DNA of 42,252 nt from positions 1-42,252 of the IMG/VR virus record IMGVR_UViG_3300011443_000025; one strand, 5' to 3'. The notes under the pieces are model-generated. The model was not told where the DNA came from. It did no database searches and saw only the letters and a program-made list of their open reading frames with translations. The DNA is from a virus (Duplodnaviria > Caudoviricetes). Positions 1 to 9,422 of this stretch are shown in pieces; position 1 is the stretch's first letter; each line of letters starts with the position of its first letter. A program made the position numbers and the translations under genes.

Positions 1-2
1 CG

Positions 3-1151
3 CGCGGCGCACAAATGGTGGAGGACAGCCTGCGCCAGTACGGCGCGGGGCGGTCGATTCTGGTGGATCGGCATGGGGTCGTGATTGCCGGCAACAAGAC
101 ACTGGAGGCGGCGGTCAGCATTGGGCTCGACGACGCGATTGTGGTGCAGACGGACGGCCGCCGGCTCGTGGTGGTGCAGCGGACGGACCTGGACCTGGCG
201 ACGGACGCGGCGGCGATGGAGCTCGGCGTGGTGGACAACCGAGCGGCGGAGTTGGGCCTGTCGTGGGACGCGCCGGTGCTGCAGTCGCTCGCGGAGTCGG
301 GTGCGGACCTGTCCAAGCTGTTCACGGCCGACGAACTCGCCATGCTGCTCGGGCCGCAGGAGGGGTTGACCGACCCGGATGCGGTGCCGGATGTGCGGGC
401 CACGGACATCCAGGCGGGCGACCTGTTTGAGCTGGGCGCGCACCGGCTGCTGTGCGGCGACAGCACGAGTGCCGACGACGTAACCCGGCTGCTCGCGGGC
501 ACGGTGCCGTTCCTGATGGTGACCGACCCACCGTACGGCGTGAACTATGACCCGGCTTGGCGGAACGTCGAAGCGGCGAAGGGCAACCTGGCCTACGCGG
601 CTCGCCGCGTAGGCCAGGTGATGAACGATGACCGGGCCGATTGGCGGGAGGCGTGGGTGCTGTTCCCTGGCGACGTCGTGTACTCGTGGCACCCGGCGGG
701 TGCCCCGAGTCTTGAGCACGCCGCGGCGCTCCAAGACTCGGGGTTTGCCATTCGCATGCAGATTATCTGGGCCAAGTCCAACTTCCCGATTGGGCGCGGT
801 GATTACCACGTGCGGCATGAGCCCTGCTGGTACGCCGTGCGCGAGGGGCGTCCCGCACACCGGACGGACGACCGGACGCAGACGACGCTCTGGGAAATCA
901 ATCTTGACAAGAACGTGGAAGGCGGGCACTCCACACAGAAGCCCGTCGAGTGCATGGCTCGGCCGATCCGCAACCATCAGTGCACAGTCGTCTATGACCC
1001 GTTCCTCGGGTCGGGCACGACGTTGATTGCGGCCGAGCAGCTCCGCCGGGCCGCCTTCACGATCGAACTGGCGCCCGTCTATTGCCAGGCATCCATCGAC
1101 CGGTGGGAAGCCTTCACGGGGCAGAAGGCGGTGAAGGTCGATGGCCGGTAA
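3..1151 (+). CDS. ParB-like N-terminal domain fused to N6A/N4C DNA methyltransferase (probably 5'-truncated by the window edge)
   Basis: The frame is open from nt 3 (RGAQMVEDSLRQYGAGRSILVD...VIAGNKT, ParB/Srx-like). It has the catalytic TDPPY, H-x-TQKPVE and SAM-binding YDPFLGSGTT motifs. This is a typical position upstream of terS. Confidence 0.9.
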   Translation, partial: RGAQMVEDSLRQYGAGRSILVDRHGVVIAGNKTLEAAVSIGLDDAIVVQTDGRRLVVVQRTDLDLATDAAAMELGVVDNRAAELGLSWDAPVLQSLAESGADLSKLFTADELAMLLGPQEGLTDPDAVPDVRATDIQAGDLFELGAHRLLCGDSTSADDVTRLLAGTVPFLMVTDPPYGVNYDPAWRNVEAAKGNLAYAARRVGQVMNDDRADWREAWVLFPGDVVYSWHPAGAPSLEHAAALQDSGFAIRMQIIWAKSNFPIGRGDYHVRHEPCWYAVREGRPAHRTDDRTQTTLWEINLDKNVEGGHSTQKPVECMARPIRNHQCTVVYDPFLGSGTTLIAAEQLRRAAFTIELAPVYCQASIDRWEAFTGQKAVKVDGR

Positions 1152-1626
1152 TCACCGCAGCGGTCGCAAGCGGCAGCCAGACGCGCTGCGCGTGCTGGCC
1201 GGCGGTCGCCCGCGGCAGGCGGTCGTGCTGCCGCCGTCGGTGGAGCCGGTCTGCCCGGAGGTCATCCAGGCCGACGCCATCGCGCTCCGCTACTGGCAGG
1301 CGTATGCGGCGCATCTGATGCCGCTTGGCATCCTGCAGCCGGAGCATGCGGAAGCCTTGGCGACGTTGGCGTGCGTGTCGGCGGACTACGAGCGGGCGCG
1401 GCAGCAGTTCGCGCAGACAGCGTTCCGCGCGTTCGTGACGGTGAAGAAGGGCGACGACATGCGCGTCATTGAGACGCCGATTCTGCGGCGGCTCGAGCAC
1501 CTGGCGCAGCTCAAGACGCGGCTGCTCGGCGAGTTCGGGCTGACGCCGGTCATGGCCACCAAGGTCGCGCGGGCCGCCGCGCCCAAGGCACTGAGCAAAT
1601 GGGAACGACTCACCCAGGCGCGGTGA
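1141..1626 (+). CDS. terS: Terminase small subunit (P27-like family)
   Basis: N-terminal SGRKRQP..LRVLAG and C-terminal LLGEFGLTP motifs; lies directly upstream of terL. Confidence 0.85.
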   Translation: MAGNHRSGRKRQPDALRVLAGGRPRQAVVLPPSVEPVCPEVIQADAIALRYWQAYAAHLMPLGILQPEHAEALATLACVSADYERARQQFAQTAFRAFVTVKKGDDMRVIETPILRRLEHLAQLKTRLLGEFGLTPVMATKVARAAAPKALSKWERLTQAR

Positions 1627-3191
1627 CGCGCGGGCCGCTCTCGAAGAAGCGCGCCGACCACGTGGTCGCGTTCATTGAGGGCCTGACGCTCTCGACTGAC
1701 AGCATCGCGTCGCATGCCGGCGAGCCGTTCGTGCTGCGGCCGTGGCAGCAGCGGATCGTGCGCGAGCTGTTCGGGCGCATGCGTGCCGACAACAAACAGC
1801 GTCGGGCGTATCGGACGGCGTTCGTCGCGCTGCCCCGGAAGAACGGGAAAACCGAAGTCTGCGCGGCGCTCGCGCTGTACGGGCTCATCGGCGACGGCGT
1901 GAAGGGCGGGCAAGTCTACTCGGCCGCGGCCGAACGCGAGCAGGCGGCGCTCGTCTTCAATGCGGCGCAGGCCATGGTGGAGCACGACCCGGAGCTCGCG
2001 GCGCGGATCGACATCCTGACGACGCGCAAGCGGATGGTGGACAAGGTGAGCGGCAGCTTCTACCAGGCGCTCTCAGCTGAGGCGTACAGCAAGCATGGGT
2101 TCAACGCCAGCTTCGTCATTTACGACGAGCTCCACGCGGCGCCGTCGCGGGAACTGTGGGACGTCCTGCGCACGTCGCAGGGCGCGCGGCGCGACCCGAT
2201 GATGGTGGCGATCACGACGGCCGGCTTCGACAAGACAACCATCTGCTGGGAGTTATGGGACTACGCGCGCAAGGTGCGGGATGGCGACGTGATCGACCCG
2301 TCGTTCTATCAGGTGTTGTACGAGGCGCCGGACGGGGCCGACTGGACGGACGAGACGGTGTGGCGCGCAGCCAACCCGGCGCTCGGGGACTTCCGCGACA
2401 TCGAAGAGATGCGGGCGTGGGCGCTCGAGTCGTCGCACAAGCCGGAGCAGCAGAACAGTTTCCGGCGGCTGTACCTGAACCAGTGGACGGAGCAGGAGGT
2501 GCGGTGGCTCGACATGACGCGGTGGGCGCAGTGCCGGCGGGTGGACCTCAGCGCCGCGGACGGGTGTGTGTCGTATGCCGGGCTCGACCTCGGGCTGAAG
2601 TCGGACTTGTCGGCCTTCGTGGTGGTGACGCGGCTACCGGATGGGACATGGCTGGTGCGGGCGCACTTCTGGATGCCGAAGGGCGCGATGGACGTGTTCC
2701 GCGCGCGGCCCTATGAGACGTGGAAGCGGTCGGGCGTGCTGACGCTGACCGAAGGCGACGTGACGGACTTCGAGCGGATCGAAGTGGACATCGCGCGGCT
2801 CTGGACGGAGTGGGGCGTGGTCGAGTGCGGCTTCGACCCGGCGTTCGCGGAAGCCTTACGGCAGCGGCTGGTCAAGCGGCTGTGGCCCAACCGGAAGGCG
2901 CCGCCGATGCACGAGCAGACGCAGGGCTACGCGCTCAACCTTGGGTTGCGCGCGATCGAAGAGGCCGTCGTGGATGGCTCGCTCGCGCATCACGACAACC
3001 CGGTGCTGACCTGGATGGCGAGCAACGCCGTCGTGCAGACGGGCCAGAAGGGCGACCTGCAACTGCGGAAGATGAAGGCGCGCGACAAGGTGGACGGCAT
3101 CAGCGCGCTCTCGATGGCGATGCAATTAGCGTCCATTCGCCAGCCGGCGAATCCCGGTGTGTATGACCAGCGCGAGGTACTGATCCTATGA
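1623..3191 (+). CDS. terL: Terminase large subunit
   Basis: Walker A PRKNGKT, Walker B IYDELH, ITTAG coupling motif, nuclease AGLDLG and KVDG. The GTG at 1623 overlaps the terS stop (GTGA). Confidence 0.97.
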   Translation: MTRGPLSKKRADHVVAFIEGLTLSTDSIASHAGEPFVLRPWQQRIVRELFGRMRADNKQRRAYRTAFVALPRKNGKTEVCAALALYGLIGDGVKGGQVYSAAAEREQAALVFNAAQAMVEHDPELAARIDILTTRKRMVDKVSGSFYQALSAEAYSKHGFNASFVIYDELHAAPSRELWDVLRTSQGARRDPMMVAITTAGFDKTTICWELWDYARKVRDGDVIDPSFYQVLYEAPDGADWTDETVWRAANPALGDFRDIEEMRAWALESSHKPEQQNSFRRLYLNQWTEQEVRWLDMTRWAQCRRVDLSAADGCVSYAGLDLGLKSDLSAFVVVTRLPDGTWLVRAHFWMPKGAMDVFRARPYETWKRSGVLTLTEGDVTDFERIEVDIARLWTEWGVVECGFDPAFAEALRQRLVKRLWPNRKAPPMHEQTQGYALNLGLRAIEEAVVDGSLAHHDNPVLTWMASNAVVQTGQKGDLQLRKMKARDKVDGISALSMAMQLASIRQPANPGVYDQREVLIL

Positions 3192-3376
3192 GCAACAAGA
3201 CCCCCAAGGACCAGTGGACGATGAAGGACACGGCCCGGTGGTACGACGTCACGTACAACACCATCAAGCGGTGGAAGCGCGTCAAAGACCCGCGGCTGCA
3301 CGTCGTCGCGGATACGCCCGGCCGCGGCGTGCGGATCTGGCCGCCCGTCACGAGCACCACCACCAGCACGAAGTAA
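3188..3376 (+). CDS. Small MerR/Xis-like HTH DNA-binding protein, candidate late regulator
   Basis: 62 aa with TMKDTARWYDVTYNTIKRW helix-turn-helix and a TPGRGVRI wing. ATGA coupling with terL. Confidence 0.7.
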   Translation: MSNKTPKDQWTMKDTARWYDVTYNTIKRWKRVKDPRLHVVADTPGRGVRIWPPVTSTTTSTK

Positions 3377-3378
3377 CC

Positions 3379-3415
3379 GGGTACATCTGGGTACACGCGG
3401 GTACATTTGGGTACA
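3379..3415 (+). repeat. Four GGGTACA direct repeats at exact 10-bp period (putative protein-binding array)
   Basis: GGGTACA at 3379, 3389, 3399 and 3409, intergenic, starting 3 nt after the HTH gene stop. Confidence 0.85.
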
Positions 3416-3468
3416 CGGCGCGCCCGCCGCCGTTCCACGTGCCACAACCTCTCCCACCATAGGTCGCG

Positions 3469-3636
3469 GTGAGAGCCGACCGACCGAGCGGGCTGGGCGT
3501 CGCCGACGGCATGGCCGTCGTAGGCGCGGGCCTCGTCATCTGGGGCGTCGGCCTGACCTCGCTGTCAGGCGGCCTGATTGCGGCGGGCGTGGTGCTCGTC
3601 GTCCTGTCCGTGCTGCTGGCGCTGCGGCATGGCTGA
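3469..3636 (+). CDS. Small two-TM membrane protein
   Basis: Not in the ORF track. GTG..TGA gives 55 aa MRADRPSGLGVADGMAVVGAGLVIWGVGLTSLSGGLIAAGVVLVVLSVLLALRHG. Small membrane genes of this kind are common between terL and portal, and it overlaps the next start. Confidence 0.65.
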   Translation: MRADRPSGLGVADGMAVVGAGLVIWGVGLTSLSGGLIAAGVVLVVLSVLLALRHG

Positions 3637-5008
3637 CCTCGCGCACTACTTCATGGACGTGCCCGGCTGGTTTGACTGGCCGGACCTCTACGCGCAGCTC
3701 GTGGATACGCTGCCGTCGGGCGCGCACGTCGTCGAAGTGGGTGGCTGGAAGGGCCAGTCGGCGGCCTTCATGGGCGTCGAGATTGCGCTCAGCGGCAAGG
3801 CCATCCGGTTCGACGTCGTCGATACCTGGCTCGGCACGCCGACCGAGACGCTGCACACGGACGACCCCGACGTCCGAGCCGGCCGCCTCTACGAAGCCTT
3901 CCTCACACACACAGACCCGGTGCGGGAATTCGTCCATCCTGTCCGGTTGGCGAGCGTGGAGGCGGCCGGCTCGTACGCCGACGGCAGTCTCGATGCCGTC
4001 TTCCTCGACGCCGACCATGCGACCGCGTCCGTCCTGAGCGACCTCGAGGCGTGGTGGCCAAAGGTGAAGCCGGGCGGCCTGGTCGCCGGGCATGACCGCG
4101 ACTGGGCCAGTGTCGGGCGGGCGGTGAAGGCGTGGGAAGCGTTCGCGGGCGTGCGGGTCAAGCCGGCGAGCCGGTCCTCGTGGGCGTTCCGCAAGCCGGT
4201 GCCGGTGACCGACTGGACGGTGCCCGAGGACGAGCGCGCCATCCTCATCGCCATCTGCTCCAACGAGCGCAGCATCTACCGGCAGACGGCCAAGTCGCTG
4301 CTCGCGTCGCTCGCGGGCGGGCACGCCGAAGAGGCGGTCAAGAAGCACGGCTTCCAGGACTACGCCATCCGCTGGGTGGACCAGTACCCGTCGGTCGCCG
4401 CGATGCGCGATTACGCCCTCATGCAGGGCACGGTCATGGGCGCGTCGCATGTCCTGTTCCTCGACGCGGATATGACCTGGCCGACCGACCTGCTCGACAA
4501 GATGCTGCGCCATCACAGCGTCGGCATGGTGTCGGGGGTGTACCACCTGAAGCAGTGGCCCTATTGGCCGGTCGTGCTCGACCAGCCGTTCATCGACCCC
4601 GAGAAGCACACCACCGAGTACCACTACGCGCCGCAGGTGCTCGACGAGACGGAGCTGCAGCGGGTGGACCTCATCGGCATGGGCTGCGCCCTGGTGCCGC
4701 TGCGCATCACGCGGGCCTTCATGCGGCCGTGGTTCGAGTACGTGCTCGACAACTGCGGGCTGCCGGCCATCACGGAAGACGTCGCGTTCTGTGCGCGCTC
4801 GCGGGCGGTCGGCTGTCCCATCTGGGTGGACCCGACCGTCAAGTGCGGACACATCGGGCAGCAGGTCATCGACACGCCGTGGTTCCGGCGGGGCGAGCTC
4901 GAGATGCGGCTGCTGAAAGAGAAGCGCGCGGCCGGCGAAGACGTGAACCAGATGGCGCAGCTCTTCGAGGCGACCACCGAGTCGCAGCAATCCGGGAGTG
5001 CGGCATGA
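3629..5008 (+). CDS. Class I SAM methyltransferase (Methyltransf_24-like) fused to a GT-A glycosyltransferase
   Basis: N-terminal VVEVGGWKGQS, VFLDADH and KPGGLVAGHD. C-terminal HVLFLDADM (DxD), IGMGCALV, TEDVAFC and DPTVKCGHIG. Start at ATG 3629 (MADLAHYF). Confidence 0.85.
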   Translation: MADLAHYFMDVPGWFDWPDLYAQLVDTLPSGAHVVEVGGWKGQSAAFMGVEIALSGKAIRFDVVDTWLGTPTETLHTDDPDVRAGRLYEAFLTHTDPVREFVHPVRLASVEAAGSYADGSLDAVFLDADHATASVLSDLEAWWPKVKPGGLVAGHDRDWASVGRAVKAWEAFAGVRVKPASRSSWAFRKPVPVTDWTVPEDERAILIAICSNERSIYRQTAKSLLASLAGGHAEEAVKKHGFQDYAIRWVDQYPSVAAMRDYALMQGTVMGASHVLFLDADMTWPTDLLDKMLRHHSVGMVSGVYHLKQWPYWPVVLDQPFIDPEKHTTEYHYAPQVLDETELQRVDLIGMGCALVPLRITRAFMRPWFEYVLDNCGLPAITEDVAFCARSRAVGCPIWVDPTVKCGHIGQQVIDTPWFRRGELEMRLLKEKRAAGEDVNQMAQLFEATTESQQSGSAA

Positions 5009-6288
5009 GCCTGCTCGGCGGTCTGCTGAAGCGCAGCACGTTTGCCAACCCGGATGACTTCCTGCGCTCCGCGCTGGGCGGGGAGCCGACGGCGTCCGGC
5101 GTGGCGATGACCTCCGAGAAGGCGCTCGGCATCCCGGCGGTCTATGCCGCGGTGTCGCTCGTGTCCGACGCGGTGGGCTCACTGCCGCTCAAGGTGTTCA
5201 AGCAGACGGCCACCGGCAAGGCGGTGGATACGACGCACCCGCTGTCGTCGGTGCTGCACCAGTTGCCGAACCCGGAGATGACGGCGATCGAGCTGCGCTC
5301 CGCGATGCAGGGCCACCTGATGCTGCGCGGCAATGCGTTTGCCGAGATTCAGCGCGACACGTCGGGCCGGGTCGTGGCGCTGTGGCCATTGGCGCCGCAC
5401 CTGATGACGGTGACACGGGACGAGCGCCGCGGGCTCGTCTACCTGTACCGCCTGCCGGACGGCCGCGACGTCAAGTGGACGTGGAGCCAGCCGAAGACGC
5501 AGCCGGCGCCCATCTTCCACGTGCGCGGCTTGGGCTACGACGGATATACGGGCTATTCGCCGCTGACGCTGCACCGGGAAACGCTCGGCCTAGCCTATGC
5601 CGCGAAGGAATACGGCGCGCGGTTCTTCAGCAACGCGGGCCGGCCGAGCGGGGTGCTCAAGGCGCCGGGCCAGTTGAGCGACGAGGCGCGGCTGCGGCTC
5701 AAGGCGGCGTGGGATGCCACGACGCGCGGCCTCTCGAATGCGCACCGGGTGGCCGTGCTCGAAGAGGGCATCGAGTGGCAGCAGGTCGGCATGGACCCGG
5801 AAGACTCGCAGATGCTGCAGTCGCTCCAGTACAGCGACGCGCAGATCGCGACGTTGCTGCGGGTGCCGCCGCACATGATCGGCCAGGTCGATCGCTCGAC
5901 GTCGTGGGGCACCGGCATCGAAGCGCAGCAGACGATGTTCCTGCAGTATTCGCTCGTGCCGTGGCTGTCGCGCTGGGAGCAGGCGGCCGGACGTGACCTC
6001 CTGAGCGTGAAGGGCTTTGCCACGCGCTCGGTGCGGTTCGTGGTGCAGGGCATGCTGCGCGGCGACCTGCAGAGCCGCAGTGCCTTCTACCAGACGATGT
6101 TCGACCGCGGCGTCTTCTCCGTGAACGACATCCTGGAGCTCGAAGACCGCAACACCATCGGCCCGGCCGGGGACGTGCGGTACGTGATGGGCAACCTGAT
6201 GCCGCTCGGCGAGACGCCGATTGCGGCACCCGAGCCTGCGCCCAGACCGGCCCTGACCGGCGACACCGAACCGGAAGGGGTCATGTGA
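5005..6288 (+). CDS. Portal protein, HK97 family
   Basis: AVYAAVSLVSDAVGSLP, LRGNAFA, GYSPL, FFSNAGRPSGVL and RVPPHMIG motifs. ATG 5005 overlaps the upstream stop (ATGA). Confidence 0.96.
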   Translation: MSLLGGLLKRSTFANPDDFLRSALGGEPTASGVAMTSEKALGIPAVYAAVSLVSDAVGSLPLKVFKQTATGKAVDTTHPLSSVLHQLPNPEMTAIELRSAMQGHLMLRGNAFAEIQRDTSGRVVALWPLAPHLMTVTRDERRGLVYLYRLPDGRDVKWTWSQPKTQPAPIFHVRGLGYDGYTGYSPLTLHRETLGLAYAAKEYGARFFSNAGRPSGVLKAPGQLSDEARLRLKAAWDATTRGLSNAHRVAVLEEGIEWQQVGMDPEDSQMLQSLQYSDAQIATLLRVPPHMIGQVDRSTSWGTGIEAQQTMFLQYSLVPWLSRWEQAAGRDLLSVKGFATRSVRFVVQGMLRGDLQSRSAFYQTMFDRGVFSVNDILELEDRNTIGPAGDVRYVMGNLMPLGETPIAAPEPAPRPALTGDTEPEGVM

Positions 6289-6911
6289 TGGGCGAACGGG
6301 AACGCCGTGTCGTCACGGCACCGATGGAAGCGCGCGCGGGCGACGGCGACGGCGGCACCGCGCGCACGCTGAGCGGCTATGCCGCGCTCTACAACAGCGA
6401 GACGCGGATCGCCAACTTCCGCGAAGTCATCGCGCCGGGCGCGTTCCGGTCGGCGTTGAAGCGTGGCGACGATGTGCGCGGGCTCTTCAATCACAACCCG
6501 GATCACGTGCTCGGGCGCACGGCTGCCGGCACGCTGCGGCTGTCCGAGGATGCGCGCGGCCTGCGGTACGAGCTCGACCTGCCAGACACGCAACTCGGGC
6601 GCGACCTGTGGACGTCGGTGCGCCGCGGCGATGTCAGCCAGTCGTCCTTTGCCTTCACCGTCGAGGCGCAGGCCTGGCAGGACGAATCGACGGCCGTGCC
6701 GCTGCGCGTCATCAAGGACGTCCGGCTGTACGACGTGAGCGCGGTCACGTACCCGGCGTACGACGAGACGTCGGTCGCGGCGCGCGGCTACGTCGAGGCG
6801 CTCCAGGCCGATGTGGCGCGGCTCGCGGCCCGGGCGTCGTGGCAGGCGCAGGCGGCCACGTTGCGCGCGAAGGCCGCGATGGTGGACGTATGCGGCCGGC
6901 GGCGCCATTAG
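6288..6911 (+). CDS. Prohead protease, HK97 family
   Basis: LSGYAALYN, FREVIAPGAF, LFNHNPDHVLGRT (His), SQSSFAF (Ser) and LYDVSAVTYPAY. Confidence 0.95.
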   Translation: MGERERRVVTAPMEARAGDGDGGTARTLSGYAALYNSETRIANFREVIAPGAFRSALKRGDDVRGLFNHNPDHVLGRTAAGTLRLSEDARGLRYELDLPDTQLGRDLWTSVRRGDVSQSSFAFTVEAQAWQDESTAVPLRVIKDVRLYDVSAVTYPAYDETSVAARGYVEALQADVARLAARASWQAQAATLRAKAAMVDVCGRRRH

Positions 6912-7159
6912 GCGATGTCCGGTGCGACTTCTGTCGCAAGAAGTTGTGCCTGATGACGGAGGACGCGCTCGCGCCGGGCGGGCGTCTGCAGTTCAAGTGC
7001 GACCGGTGCAACAAGTACACCGAGCGTCGAGGACCAGTACCAACCGACCAGAAGCCCGTTGAGGCTCCGTGTCACTCAGTCGCCGCCGTGGCGACGAGGG
7101 GCGGACATGAACACGGAGTTTCTGATCACGAAGCGGACGGCTCTCGTCGCCAAGGCTGA
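6890..7159 (+). CDS. com: Com-family (phage Mu Com-like) zinc-finger translational regulator
   Basis: ATG 6890 follows GGTGGA. DVRCDFCRKKL...LQFKCDRCNKYT matches the Com pattern RCxxCxKxL...xKCxRC. The ORF overlaps the capsid start, as com overlaps mom in Mu. Confidence 0.75.
   Translation: MRPAAPLGDVRCDFCRKKLCLMTEDALAPGGRLQFKCDRCNKYTERRGPVPTDQKPVEAPCHSVAAVATRGGHEHGVSDHEADGSRRQG
7046..7109 (+). promoter_or_regulatory. Putative Com-binding site plus translation-inhibitory hairpin over the capsid RBS and AUG
   Basis: GACCAGAAGCCCGTTGAGGCTCCGTGTC, then nested pairing GTGTC/GACAT, CTC/GAG and GTCGCC/GGCGAC that buries part of GAGGGG and the ATG at 7107. Confidence 0.7.
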
Positions 7160-8306
7160 AGAGCTCGTCTCCCGCACCGAGACCGACCAGCGGGCGATGT
7201 CGCCCGAGGAACTGACCGAGCACGCCGACGTGCTGACGCAGGTCGGCAGCATTGACGCCACGCTGCGCGCCCATGATGCGCAACTGGCCGTGGAAGTGGC
7301 CGCCGCCAACCCGGCGAAAGCCGAGCGGGCCATCGTGCCTGGCGCGGGCGAGCACAGCGTCGCGCGGGTCGAGCGGCACACGGCGACCGAGGAGTACCGC
7401 AGCGCGTTCGAGACGTTCGTCCGCAGCGGCCTCGTGCTGCCGGAACTGCGCGCGCAGACCGTCACCACCGACACCGCGGGCGGGCATCTCGTGCCGGACG
7501 AATGGCACAACGAGATCGTCCGCAAGATGTCCGACTACAACGTGATGCGGCAGTACGCCACCATCATCCAGACGAGCATGGGCAGCTTCAACATCCCGAC
7601 CGAAACCAGCCGCGGGACGGCCGGGTGGACGGGGGAGACGGTTGCCTACAACGAGACTGAGGACGTGTTCGGCAACATTGCGCTGACGCCCTGGAAGATG
7701 ACGCGGCTCGTCAAGGTGTCGGAGGAACTGCTCGCCGACAACGCCTTCAACATCGGCGGCTACCTGGCGGACACGTTCGCGCTGGCGTTCGCCGAGTTGG
7801 AGGAAGCGGCGTTCGTGGACGGCGACGACTCGAGCAAGCCCAAGGGGCTCATCCGCTCGACGGCGCTGGGCACGACCGCCACCGGCACCAACGTGATCAC
7901 GTTCGACGACATCGCCAGCTTGTACTACTCGGTGAAGCCGGCGTACCGGAACCGCGGCGTCTTTCTCATGAACGACGCGACCCGCGCGTCGCTCGCCAAG
8001 CTCAAGACGGGCGTCGCCTCCGATGCGCGCTACCTGTGGGCCGAGAACCTGGAAGGCTCGCAGCCGGCCACGCTGTTCGGCCGCCCGGTGATTTCCTCCA
8101 GCGCCATGCCGGTGCTCGCGGCCACCAAGAAGGTCGTGGCCTTCGGCGACCTCAGCTACTACTACGTGGCCGACCGGCCGAGCACGGGCTTTACCCGGCT
8201 CAACGAACTCTATGCCGCCAACGGGCTGATCGGCTTTGTCGCCAATCGGCGCGTGGACGGCGAGCTCACGCAGTCGGAAGCCGTGAAGCATCTGACCACG
8301 ACCTGA
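7107..8306 (+). CDS. Major capsid protein, HK97 fold with N-terminal delta/scaffold domain
   Basis: Coiled N-terminus, AGGHLVP, VSEELLADN, FVDGDDSSKPKG, TLFGRPV and AFGDLSYY. RBS GAGGGG before ATG 7107. Confidence 0.97.
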   Translation: MNTEFLITKRTALVAKAEELVSRTETDQRAMSPEELTEHADVLTQVGSIDATLRAHDAQLAVEVAAANPAKAERAIVPGAGEHSVARVERHTATEEYRSAFETFVRSGLVLPELRAQTVTTDTAGGHLVPDEWHNEIVRKMSDYNVMRQYATIIQTSMGSFNIPTETSRGTAGWTGETVAYNETEDVFGNIALTPWKMTRLVKVSEELLADNAFNIGGYLADTFALAFAELEEAAFVDGDDSSKPKGLIRSTALGTTATGTNVITFDDIASLYYSVKPAYRNRGVFLMNDATRASLAKLKTGVASDARYLWAENLEGSQPATLFGRPVISSSAMPVLAATKKVVAFGDLSYYYVADRPSTGFTRLNELYAANGLIGFVANRRVDGELTQSEAVKHLTTT

Positions 8307-8311
8307 CGGCC

Positions 8312-8479
8312 ATGGTGCGCATGCGCCTGCGGGAGACGGGTCGGATCGTCGTCTGTGATGACGAGCAGGCCCGGCTCTGGATCGCGCAGGGGTATGCCGA
8401 GCCGGCGCCCGAGGCGGAGACCACCGCCCGGACGACGGTCCCTGTCCCGGCCCGGGTGCCGGATGTGGAGACGCGATGA
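8312..8479 (+). CDS. Small head-associated hypothetical protein
   Basis: 55 aa MVRMRLRETG...ARLWIAQGYAEP, between capsid and connector, with ATGA coupling downstream. Confidence 0.6.
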   Translation: MVRMRLRETGRIVVCDDEQARLWIAQGYAEPAPEAETTARTTVPVPARVPDVETR

Positions 8480-9081
8480 GCCGCACTGCGATGCTGACGA
8501 GCGTGGGGTACACCGGCCCGGTGGGACGCGAGCGCGTCACGCCGCCGGACGCCCCGTTGCTGCGTCTCGAGGACGTGCGGGCGCGGCTCCGGCTGCCGCA
8601 TGACGACGAGGACGTGCAGTTGCAGGACTTCCTCGAAGCGGCGCTCGACGACGTCGAGGCGCAGCTCGGGCGGTTGTTGCTGCCGCAGACGGTGCGCTGG
8701 TGGTATGACGGCCTGCCGTGTGCCGACGTCGTCCTGCCGGAACCGGCGCGGGCGATCGTCGCCGTGACGACGTACGCCACCGACGACGACACGACAGGGA
8801 CGGTCGTGGACGCCGGCTCGTACGGGCTGGACGCCTATCGGTCCCGCCTCCTGTTCACGACGTCGCCGTCGAGCGGGCGCTCCTGGAACGGCGTCTCGAT
8901 CGAGGCTGAGGTCGGCTACGCGAGTGCCGTGGCTGTGCCGCCCGCGCTCGTGCAGGCGGTCTACCTCGAAATCCAAGGGCACTACCTGCGCGGCAGCGAG
9001 CCACCCGGGGAAGGCACCGCGCGTCGTGAGGCCGTGACGCGCCTGCTGGCGCCGCACCGGTTCCGTATGGGGGTCGCGTGA
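8476..9081 (+). CDS. Head-tail connector (gp6-like)
   Basis: LEDVRARLRL..DEDVQLQDFLEAA..VEAQLGRLLLPQT, GY...VPPALVQAV and LLAPHR; synteny. Confidence 0.88.
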   Translation: MSRTAMLTSVGYTGPVGRERVTPPDAPLLRLEDVRARLRLPHDDEDVQLQDFLEAALDDVEAQLGRLLLPQTVRWWYDGLPCADVVLPEPARAIVAVTTYATDDDTTGTVVDAGSYGLDAYRSRLLFTTSPSSGRSWNGVSIEAEVGYASAVAVPPALVQAVYLEIQGHYLRGSEPPGEGTARREAVTRLLAPHRFRMGVA

Positions 9082-9422
9082 TCGGCACCTACACCGAGCG
9101 GATCACGGTGCAGACGCGCACCGTCGTCAACGACGGCGGCCAGCCCGTCGAGTCGTGGGCCGACAGTCTCGTGCGGGTGGCGGCGAGCGTCATGACGACC
9201 GCGGGCGCGCGGGTGGAGCGGGTCTTTGGCGCACAGGTGCAGGGTGAGACGACGCATGTCGTGGCGCTGCCGGCGCCGAGCGGGGACGTGGCGTTGACGA
9301 GCCGCGTGGTGTGGCACAGCCGGCATGGCGATCGGACGCTGGCGATTGTCGGCAAGGCCGTCATGCAGGACGCGCGGCAGCGCGAGGTGACGCTGGCCTG
9401 CCAGGAGGCGCGCACGCCATGA
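9078..9422 (+). CDS. Head closure / head-tail adaptor (SPP1 gp16-like)
   Basis: ERITVQ...GGQPVESW...LACQE pattern; synteny. Confidence 0.82.
   Translation: MIGTYTERITVQTRTVVNDGGQPVESWADSLVRVAASVMTTAGARVERVFGAQVQGETTHVVALPAPSGDVALTSRVVWHSRHGDRTLAIVGKAVMQDARQREVTLACQEARTP

Noticed and set aside
3379-3415. CRISPR-like or mini-array reading of the GGGTACA and TGTGCTGCAC repeats
   Set aside because: Units are 7-10 bp with 2-3 bp spacers and no cas genes are present. They fit protein-binding sites.
4132-5004. N-terminal extension of the portal in the 718-aa track ORF
   Set aside because: It overlaps the MTase-GT gene in another frame. The portal starts at ATG 5005, with an RBS and ATGA coupling.
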